DNA from: Octopus vulgaris
Taxonomy: Eukaryota
Length of the DNA: 64,000 nt
Assembly (NCBI GenBank): GCA_951406725.2
Contig: OX597822.1
Location: forward strand, 72,416,001 to 72,480,000
Reading direction: 5' to 3'
Shown here one piece after another: positions 53,545 to 64,000 of this stretch (positions are counted from its first letter, which is position 1; each line of letters begins with the position of its first letter). The notes beneath the pieces were generated by a model. The model saw only the letters and a list, made by a program, of their open reading frames with translations, was not told the DNA's origin and did no database searches. Position numbers and translations under genes: made by a program.

Positions 53545-54037
53545 ACGAGGAGCAGCACATGCAATCAGTATACCAGCGATGAATACCCGTCTGACAACTG
53601 TACACCAGTTACATGCATCTCAACCATATGTGACGTCATATGAAGATAAACAGCGCATAATTTTGCAAGTGGGGCTCAAAATTATGTTCATGTCGAGTAT
53701 CCCATTTCGCTCAAAGAGCGGGATGGGATACTCGAGTTGTTGAAGGAGGACGAATGAAACCATATGATTCCAGGGCTGAATTATTCAAACCCTTAAGAAT
53801 TCCCCTTAAACTCATGCTGTGATGCTCCCACGACTCCTGGTTTTAATGAGAAATGCTCATATCATCACCCACTAAGGGACATGCTCAACTGGAGGTCAAG
53901 TAATTGACGAGCAGATTTGTGGTATAGAGAAAAATATTTGATGTTGCCTGTCTTTTACTCTAAGGCAAAACGTACATGTTAACACTTCCAATCAGTTAGG
54001 ATTAGAAGCCATGAGAGTCAGTGCCTGGTACTGCATT
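53545..54037 (-). mobile_element. Family C element, older copy
   Basis: Diverged reverse complement; 5' end TGCAGTACCAGGCAC adjacent to ATT repeats. Confidence 0.8.
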
Positions 54038-54493
54038 ATTATGATAATTCTTATGAATACGACATATATTAGTTTGATGACAAATTTTCACAAATCTCAA
54101 GAATCTTTCTAAGGATTCTTGTAGAATATAAGATAGCATTTTTCGAGATTGCGAGTCACAGTTTCACTATCCTTCAGCTGTTGAGGTAGCTGTTAAAATA
54201 TTGCGCCAAATGCAACAATTACAACAGAAACAATTGTCGCATTTGTCTTCTACAATCTCTTCATCTCTCTGGCTGGGTTCTGATATTTCTCGACTTTTTA
54301 TTTTCAATTTCTTTGGTGTCTAATCTAATTCTCAAAGTTTTGCAAACGTAACAGAAGAAACTGAAAATTGGGATTTTCAATATTATTCAAAATAAAGTAT
54401 ATTAGTGAATAATCGAAATGTCTCGCACGGTGAACGTAGTCTAGACAAACGAGCTTGTTGTTATGATATATTTCTACGCTTATTGTTCCAGTT

Positions 54494-54815
<322 letters not shown>

Positions 54816-55105
54816 ACGAAAACTGGCCTTAACAAAAAAAACGAGAAACTACATTCAACAGAGCAAAACAGTCACCTAACAACAAATAGAATTTAAAATA
54901 TTAATGATTTGATGATCAAATAAAGAAATGAATTGCCGAAGATGAATGGAATAATAATTCTTAAAGGCAATCTTATCATAACGGAAAACGTATTCGACAT
55001 CAGGAAGAAGCTGGGAAGTAGCAGTGGGAGGAAAGAGAGAAAGAGGGGAGAAGGTAGGAAACGAGGTGGAAAATGATATGTCAAATGAGGCATGGAAATT
55101 GTAGG

Positions 55106-55144
<39 letters not shown>

Positions 55145-55746
55145 GAGAGATCTATTCAGTTTTCGATAATTTACTTTTCAATATCGTTTATTGTTTTGGC
55201 TCACCTGATCAATTACCATTTTTTATTCTTCTCACTCATATCATTTATCACTCCTTCCTCGTATTATATATTGCTTTATACTTAACAATATCTTCGTCGA
55301 GTTGCGTTTATTGACACCTGTCAAACGTACAATATTATCGCTGTTTAACACTTGCACTCATTCGCATAAATGCATACAGCTATCCATTAAAGCACAATGC
55401 TTATTTGTGAATACATATCCAAGAAAACTGTATAAATATTTTGCTGACATATAAAATTTTTCTTTCTTGTATATGATCAAAACAAACATACATGTAAACA
55501 TGCACATACATACATACATACATACATACATACATACATACATACATACATACATACATACATTCAAACATACATACATACATACAGGTGTATGTGTGCA
55601 TGTATATATATATTGTTGCTATTATGTTAAACTGTCATATGCCCAAACTTGGCCAAATGCGTTTTTTCAATATATTTAATTTTGCTTGCAATAGCCTGTT
55701 CTTTTGGTAAAACTATTTTATCTTCAGTTGCTTCAGAAACATAAAC

Positions 55747-55781
<35 letters not shown>

Positions 55782-55799
55782 ATTAAGTTTTAATGTTCT

Positions 55800-56568
55800 A
55801 ACTCACTTTCGCTGTGCTTGGAAGGAAGGTGTGTAGCGTGTGATCGTCGCATTGAACATGACAGAGAATGTCGAGCACAGAATCTGCATGAAATTTTGCC
55901 AAAAGCTTGGCGATACTTGTTGAGAGGCCTATGCAAAGTTTTTTTAAACGTTTTCATCGTTCTCGACGCAATCAAGATCTTGGGCAACTGAAACCCGAGT
56001 ATATTTTTGATCAGTTGAAAGCAGCTTTAGCATAAACCGGCGGATACGCGTCTCATACTCAAATCCTCATTGATAATGGACTGAACTGAACCGTAACTAA
56101 TCAGCACATCCTCTGATAACTAACGGATGGTGATTCGACGATTTCCCCTCACAACTGATCGCACATATGAGATGTCTTCCTGCGTTCTGCTGGCTGCGGG
56201 ACTCCCAGATCGTTCGTCAATGTCGACATTTTTTCGGCCATCTTAAAAACGTCTGAACCGTTCGTACACTTGTGTGCGACTCATACACACTCCTCCATAC
56301 TCTTACTGCAACTTTGCAACTGTATCTGCAACTTTTTGCATTTTCTGGAACGCCATGACAACTTTCTCTGTCATAGTCAATGCGACGATCACACGCTACA
56401 CACTTTCCTTCCAAGCATTGCTGTAAACAGCGGTGGTAAGCTGCAACGTTAAAACCTAGGGCGCATGCACAGCAGAGTTCAAGGTCAATCTTTGCCAAGC
56501 GGCTTTACTTTGCGTGCTTTAGCTTCGCTTCTATGGTAACACTCCGGATACTTATTGATCAGACCTAG
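55800..56568 (-). mobile_element. Mariner 5' fragment with an inverted duplicate of its start region
   Basis: Minus strand: TA + TIR CTAGGTCTGATCAATAAGTATCCGGA, then MSRTQVYERFRRF*DGR..DERSG.P..NRRITIR..SYGSVQSII..L.MRRVSA. Plus strand 55800-55945: MTENVEHRICMKFCQKLG. Confidence 0.88.
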
Positions 56569-56620
56569 TATGTGTGTTTGTTGTATATATATATATATAT
56601 AAGAGGCATACACAAACACT

Positions 56621-56665
<45 letters not shown>

Positions 56666-56667
56666 GC

Positions 56668-57110
56668 CTCTTTTCTCTTTTACCTTTTCCTTGTTTCAAT
56701 CATTTGATTGACTGTGGCCATACTGGGGCACTGCCTTGAAATTTTAGTTGAATGTATCGATCCCAATAGTTACTTTTAAGGCCTGGTACTTACGTATAAG
56801 ATTCTTTTTCCGAACCGCTAATTTAAAGGGACATAAACACACCAGCACCGGTTGGCAAGCAGTGGTTGGAGGACAAACACAGACACAAAAACACGCACAC
56901 ATGTGCATACATGCCCACACACGCTCACACACAAACACGCACATGCACTCGCGTAGAGACACACCCACTCATATATGAATATCTATATATGTCTGGCGGA
57001 TTTCTTTCTGTTTCCGTCCGCCAAATCTACTATAGTAAAAGACACTTGCCCAAGGTGCCACGCATGTGTTTAGGAAGGAAACTTCTTACCACACAGCCAC
57101 CCTTGCGTCT
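56668..57110 (-). mobile_element. SINE family A, diverged
   Basis: TTGTTTCAATCATTTGA..CCGAACCGCTAA..GACACTTGCCCAAGGTGCCACGCA. Confidence 0.8.
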
Positions 57111-57142
57111 ATATATATTCTATATATATATAGAATATACAT

Positions 57143-57175
<33 letters not shown>

Positions 57176-57179
57176 CGTC

Positions 57180-57235
<56 letters not shown>

Positions 57236-57413
57236 TATATGTTGTTATAATTATTAAGGAATATTACTTGAAACACGTGTAGTCTTAGAAATGGAAAATA
57301 CGGGATTCGGAATACATATAGTATAAGATTTAATATTTAACATTTTATGGAGTGGGCGGGTAGAAAATCTTTTACTGTTCATTGAGTTGAAGGTGGTTCT
57401 GTCTCTTAAAATA

Positions 57414-57445
<32 letters not shown>

Positions 57446-57453
<8 letters not shown>

Positions 57454-57760
57454 TAAATTAGAGATAAAACCACTATTAGGCAAATCATACAATGAAAAAC
57501 TTAAGCCAATACATAAGATTAATTAATTTATATTATTTTAAATATATATCAAAATTATTAAAAAAAGATAATTAGTATAACACTACGATCGTTTCATGGC
57601 TGTCCAATTCGTAAAAATTCGAGTTACAGTCATTCTTCAGGTGATTTGCCTAATAGTGGTTTTATCTCTAATTTAATATAATATAATATTTTACTATAAA
57701 ATTGGATTCAATCCTAAATCTGATTTTTCCCTGTACGTTTGGATTTATTCCCTAATATTT
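57446..57760 (-). mobile_element. Family F PLE-terminus-like repeat with ~42-bp inverted repeats and hammerhead
   Basis: Inverted repeat 57446-57487 / 57642-57683; (TA)n flanks. Confidence 0.75.
57581..57643 (-). ncRNA. Minimal type I hammerhead ribozyme motif
   Basis: cac CTGAAGA atgactgt...acagccat GAAAC gatc GTA gtg; palindromic ACGATCGT helix III. Confidence 0.8.
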
Positions 57761-57866
<106 letters not shown>

Positions 57867-58374
57867 AATGTACTGAATATAAAGTAGATTTTATTTAATC
57901 GTGTTGTATTTCGACCCTTAGCGAGCGTAGTCACAGCTAGAAACAAGTGTCCTGCAAGCTAGAACTCAACATCTTTATTCCTGGAGGGAAAAATGATGCT
58001 GGATTTTCGCTACGATTGTCATTTTGTCGCAGACCAAACCACAGCGTACATTTATTTACATGACCTGATCTATGCGTAGTTACATCTAATACTTCAGTTT
58101 TAACCTACAATGACATCAGAAGTATATAATCTGAGAAATATAAAGCGTAATTATTATTAAAAGACCTGTTTTCATCATATTATGGCTACGTTCATACTGA
58201 AATCATCTGGGATGAGATCAAATTGAACAGTACTGAAAATAGCTTTATCTGTAACCTGATGCAGTAATGCACGAATATTCCCAATGACCGAATACTTACA
58301 TTTATTTTACCAACCACACGGACATGCCTACGTCTACATGCTAAACTTAACTATATAAACTAACTTGTAAATAC

Positions 58375-58490
<116 letters not shown>

Positions 58491-58564
58491 TTATCTATCT
58501 ATCTATATTTGCCTGACTCATTCTTTACACGTCTAGATTTATAAATATGTACACGTAAGCATAT

Positions 58565-58620
<56 letters not shown>

Positions 58621-58909
58621 TACATATATACATATATACATATATATATATATTTACACACAGATACACACCTGTACCTCACACGCACTCTGACAAACAC
58701 ATGCACACATACACACACACGTGTTTGGGTATGTATTTTGATAAATAAGCACAATTTACTGATATATTCTGTAGTACATTACAGGTTAAGAGGTTACGTC
58801 TTAACGATCACTGTTAACGCATTAGTAATTTATTAAATCAAACTCATGTCAAGAATGAGTTATCTAGGCAAAAAAACGTTTATTTGATGAAGCCATTAGT
58901 CATACAGTG

Positions 58910-58984
<75 letters not shown>

Positions 58985-59149
58985 AGAGAGAGAGAGAGAA
59001 ATAGAGGGAGGGAGGAGATAGGTAAATATTAACTGGTAGAAGTTCGTGTTAATAAAAGAATGAATTACGATAAAGTGACTGTGCCTATGTTCGTGTGTAT
59101 GTCTGTGTGTATATATGTAGGTATATGTCAGGTCTATTTTTTAATCATT

Positions 59150-59470
59150 ATAAATCTTCCACTGAGGAGGGAGGGAGCAGGTTTCCAACAAAGATAAAAG
59201 TTTTCCTCTTTGGGATGTAGTTAACACAGACAAATTCACATTTGTAACTTGAGAAATATCTTGCATACTTTTACTGTTCCATTTACAGACTGCACTTTTA
59301 ATGTACGAATAATCCAGTCGATTTTTCTTTCTGAAAATGCCAGGTTATCCAGATTCTCCTTTAAGCATTTACTAACAAAACTTCGTGTTCCAATTATCAT
59401 TGGTCTGAATTTGAATTCATAGTCTGGATATAGAAGCTGGAGGTTTTGAAGCAGTTGTCCAAAGATACCC
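59150..59470 (-). mobile_element. RLE-type non-LTR retrotransposon extreme C-terminus and 3' UTR (second family)
   Basis: FGQLLQNLQLLYPDYEFKFRPMIIGTRSFVSKCLKENL...VQSVNGTVKVCKIFLK*. Confidence 0.75.
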
Positions 59471-59561
59471 ACTTTGAAGATCGAAGAGATATTCCTAGCA
59501 CTCCTGCCTGATCCCCGTTTTCCGGCATTCGCCATGATTAATCTCTAGCCACTAAACCTAT

Positions 59562-60013
59562 TACTCTTTACTCTCTCTTTTACTCTTTTACTTGTTTCAG
59601 TCATTTGACTGCGGCCATGCAGGAACACCGCCTTTAATCGAGCAACTTATTCTTTTGTAAGCCCAGGGACTTATTCTTTTGTAAGCCCAGGGACTTATTC
59701 TTTTGTAAGCCTAGTACTTATTCTATCGGTCTCTTTTGCCGAACCGCTAGGTAACGGGGACATAAACACACCAGCATCGGTTGTCAAGCAATGCTAGGGG
59801 GACAAACACAGACACACAAACACACATACGCATATATATATACATATATACGACGGGCTTCTTTCAGTTTCCGTCTACCAAATCCACTCACAAGGCTTTG
59901 TTCGGCCCGAGGCTATAGTAGAAGACACTTGCCCAAAGTGCTACGCAGTGGGATTGAACTCGGAACCATGTGGTTGGTAAACAAGCTACTTACCACACAG
60001 CCACTCCTGCGCC
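59562..60013 (-). mobile_element. SINE family A with internal 24-bp triplication
   Basis: Full copy; (ACTTATTCTTTTGTAAGCCCAGGG) about 3 times at 59645-59716. Confidence 0.9.
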
Positions 60014-60064
60014 TTTATTATCCTTTAATTTATTCTTTAATTTTCTCTATTTATTTCTGTGTTC

Positions 60065-60100
60065 CTTTCACTTGAAGAGCGTAAGCTCGAAACGTAAAAG
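60065..60100 (+). ncRNA. Degenerate minimal hammerhead motif in a short PLE-like tail (60015-60200)
   Basis: cttt CACTTGA a gagc-gtaa-gctc GAAAC GTA aaag; stems intact, 5' core altered. Confidence 0.5.
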
Positions 60101-60403
60101 ACTTTCTAACTTCCAGAGCGTCAAACTAATACACCTGTTTGTTGTTTACACACCCGTCCTCGTCCTTTGTTTTGTTTTTGTTTTGTAAATTCCAACTATA
60201 TTATATATATGTATGTATATATGTGTATATAAATGTGTATCTGTGTGTGACTGTGTGTGCCTGTGTGTGCTATAAGCTGCTAATCAGCTTTGACTACACC
60301 ATTCAAGAGTAAATGTTATCTATAAATACCTGGTCATTAAAAGCTAGAAGAATACCCTCGAACATCTACGTTACGAGAGAAAAAATTGATTGGGTTAGAT
60401 TAC

Positions 60404-60710
60404 TTAATCATCAATATCCCCTCCGATTAAAAAAGAAAACGTAGTTTTGTTAAGGTTATTTACATGGCTTTCCATGAGAACGATTACCTCGATATTTACG
60501 ATAAAGTTAAGCAAGAATAGGAATGTTCCCCAAACTCGAAGGGTGTTGTTATTGAAGTACCAGCAAGGATGTTCACTGCTCTCCTTACTCAGATGTGCAT
60601 TGAGGTCACCCACAACATGTTATGAGCTGGTGCAGTGTAAACATTTCTACACACTTCTCCGTGGAACTCTTCTGCGCTCACATCACTGCCCTCCTCGGTT
60701 TTGGTTATGT
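60404..60710 (-). mobile_element. RTE-like LINE apurinic endonuclease fragment
   Basis: Frameshifted SAEEFHGEV...PAHNML/VGDLNAHLSKE..WYFNNNT (GDxN motif). Confidence 0.75.
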
Positions 60711-62009
60711 ACGTAATTTACATATGTATATATAATAGCATATAATTGCGTGTATATGTATGTTTACATATATCAGTCTCTTTTCTAACTGCATTTTTTT
60801 TTGTTCCAGTGTAGTTAATGACTGTTGAATTCTGCACTTTGTGTGTTAGTTAAGATAATTTTGGTTCACATCACTTCATGACAATCTTCATCTATACAAA
60901 TAGTATTTGTTTGTATGTATGTGACTATAGACAAATATATATATAGAAGTTTGTATGTATGTTGTTATTTGTTGTATATAGTATACTAGCTGAATGACCT
61001 GGCGTTGACCGGTTCTTGCTGTTCTTTATCAGATTAGTAAACAATAAATATTAAGATATATTCTCATGATTATTTCAAAATATCTATTTAATAAGCAATC
61101 TGATACAAGCATAATAGACGTGCTAGTGTTTTATGTGATCGGTAACAGTAACAATGCATTGTTATGGAGATCAGCCATCCACCTGATATAAATATTTTTA
61201 CGTAATGAGAGTACCTCTGGTGAAGTAGGATGTATTTTATCAACTCTTTACGGGTAAGCTGTAATTGTAAAACAGCTGCGACTTAAACTCAGTATACACA
61301 GGGACGGCGCTATATACCCTGCCACTTTAATATTTATTCGGAGTTTCGGTTTCTCCATTACTCCAACTGCATATGATATCATTAACAGAAACCTCGTTCT
61401 AAAAATCATAAAAAAGCGTTCTTAAAGTATTTCAGTTAAAAAAATGCCGAAATACTAAATATACTGAAAATGTAAATGGCTTAAAATCTATTTGACATCG
61501 AAGCTAGACATCTAAACTCTGAGATGATTCTAAAAATACAAACGAAAACATTACGAAGATACTTTTCTTTTTCATAGGAACACTTTCCAGCATGTTGTCA
61601 AGAAAATACATATCTCTACTTCATGTAACGATTACTTACAAGAAAAAATGAAATATCCACTCTATAATCATGTACAAAACAACAACGACGGCGAAGAAAA
61701 TATAGATACTTAATCGTATTGTAGCTGTGATATTGCATTAAACTTGCTGAACTTCGGAAAGTATATCACATGTAATTTAGTAAAAAAAAGTATGCATCAA
61801 TTTACGCTTCTTATTCAGTATCGGGGGAAAAAAATATAAAAGTATGCAAATGATCTACCGCTGGACACCGAAAATAGGAAGTCTCATAGATAAGATAAAA
61901 TTTTTCAATATATCCAAACGCAAACACACTCACTCACTACAAGGGCATGAATGATTCACAAGCACACATACACGGGTATATCAGTATGAAAAAATATGTA
62001 TATAAACAT

Positions 62010-62041
<32 letters not shown>

Positions 62042-62082
62042 GTGTGTGTGTGTGTGAGTGTTTATAAATAGGTCGTAAATAT

Positions 62083-63322
62083 TCTTTTCTACTTTAGGCA
62101 CGAGGCATGACATTTTGGGAGAATGGACCAGTCGATTAGATCGACTCTAGTACACAACTGGTACTTAATTTATCGCTCTCGAAAGGATGAAAGGCAAAGT
62201 CGACCTCGGCGGAATTTGAACTCAGAACGTAAGTACAGATGAAATATCGCTATGCATTTCGCCCGGCGTGCTAAAGTTACTTATTTCTTTACTGCCCACA
62301 AGGGGTTACACACAGAGGGGACAAACAAGGACAGACAATCGACTAATCCCCTCTCCCAAAATTTCAGATGTTGTGTCTATAGTAGAAAACATTATTTTAA
62401 GGCAGCGAGTTGGCTAAAACGTTATCACGCTAGACGATATGCTTAGCGGTATTTCGTCTGCCGCTACTTTCTAAGTTCTAATTTCGCCGAGGTCGACTTT
62501 GCCTTTCATCCTTTCGGGGTCGATTAAATAAGTACCAGTTACGCACTGGAGTCGATATAATCGACTTTATCCGTTTGTCTGTCCTTGTTTGTCCGCTCTG
62601 TGCTTAGCCCCTTGTGGGTAGTAAAGAAATAGATATTTCGTCTGTCAAAAGGCGGCGAGCTGGCAGAAACATTAGCCCGCCGGGCGAAATGCGTAGCCGT
62701 ATTTCGTCTGCCGTAACGTTCTGAGTTCAAATTCTGCCGAGCTCGACTTTGCCTTTCATCCTTTCGGGGTCGATAAATTAAGTACCAGTTACGCATTGGG
62801 GTCGATGTAATCGACTTAATCCGTTTGTCTGTCCTTGTTCGTCCCCTCTGTGTTTAGCCCCTTGTTGGTAGTAAAGAAATAGATATTTCGTCTGCCGTTC
62901 AAATACCGCCGAGGTCGACTTTGTCTTTCATCCTTTCGGGGTAGAGAAATTAAGTACCGGTTGCCTACTGGGTCAATGTAATCGACTGGCCCCCTTCCCA
63001 CAAAATTTCGGGTTTTGTGCCTAGAGTAGAAAATATACTCATCATATTCTCAGATTCTCACAACTTTGAAATAGTTGACGTAAAAGAGGGAACACATTTA
63101 TAAGAATCGTTTCTATTCTAGGCACAAAGCCCGAATTTTTTTAGGGAGCGGGGGGTAGTTGATTACATCGGCTCCAGTACGCAACTGGTACTTAATTTAT
63201 TGAGGCGACAGGATGAAAGGTAAAGTCGACCTCGGCGGGATTTGAACTCGGAACGTAAAGATAGATGAAATAACGCTAAGCATTTCGCCCAGCGTTCTAA
63301 CGTTCCTACCAACTTGCCATCT
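62083..63322. mobile_element. Cluster of about 6 SINE family B units (tandem and inverted)
   Basis: Minus 62083-62275; minus tail 62280-62340; plus 62401-62632, 62651-62882 and 62883-63033; minus 63110-63322. Confidence 0.9.
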
Positions 63323-63446
63323 TTAACACACTTGTAAGAATGCTAGAGAAAAATAATACTTTCTGGTGGTACCCCTTTACAAATTTACTTTCTTCCCGAA
63401 GACTCATAGCATACCCTGTTTCAACAGCTCTAATAGCCACTGTACT

Positions 63447-63990
63447 TCTACTTGTTTCCATCATTTGATTGCGGCCATGCTGGAGTATCGCTATAAAGTG
63501 TTTTATAGTGGAACAAATCGATCCCAGAATATTCTTTGTAAGCCTAATACTTCCTCTATCGCTTGTTTTGCCGAACCGCTAAGTTACGGATACGTATATA
63601 CACCAACGTCTATTGTCAAGCGATAATGGGGTGGGCGACAAACAGCCATAAAGACACACACATACACACACACACACACATACGATGAACTTCTTTCAGT
63701 TTCCGTCTAAATCCACTGTCCAGAGTGCCACCCAGTGGGACTGAACTCGGAATCATGTGGTTGGGAAGCAAGCTTCTTACTGTGGCCATGCTGGCACACT
63801 GTCTCGAGAAGTGCTTAAAGTTGAACAGACCGACCTCACTACTTATTGAATTCTTATATTGTAGGTATGTCTAGTGCCCATTGTAACGGTTTCTTTGGAG
63901 AAAGATCAAGTTACGAGTACGTAAACAAACCGATACCGGCTGTGAAGCGGTGGAAGAAACAAACACAGGCACAAGGACACACAACAAACG
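63447..63990 (-). mobile_element. Two diverged SINE family A copies
   Basis: GCGGCCATGCTGGAG..GCCGAACCGCTAAGTTACG..TTTCAGTTTCCGTCTA..GGGACTGAACTCGG; a second tail begins at ~63781. Confidence 0.78.
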
Positions 63991-64000
63991 TCGATATATA

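Overview
AT-rich, microsatellite-saturated eukaryotic DNA. The repeat families resemble those of octopod cephalopod genomes (inference from recalled SINE sequences, not from a search). There is no prokaryotic-type gene content and no CRISPR array, and almost all ORFs in the track are microsatellite or SINE artefacts. The window is mostly transposon debris: several tRNA-derived SINE families, R4/Dong-like RLE LINE 3' fragments in (AAT)n tracts, RTE LINE fragments, two mariner derivatives, a Helitron-like element and a Penelope-like element (PLE) with a GIY-YIG domain. At most a few isolated host exons are present (best candidate 16315-16437, minus strand). The main hidden signal is seven minimal type I hammerhead-ribozyme motifs from six sequence-unrelated modules, each with a palindromic helix III. 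These include an intact pair in perfect 167-bp inverted repeats and one linked to a tRNA-like Pol III head in a head-to-head palindrome, a candidate ribozyme-bearing, PLE-mobilised SINE. A ~555-bp non-coding element without a tRNA head occurs six times, always in (AAT)n-type tracts. Coordinates were read by eye, so ends of degenerate elements are approximate.
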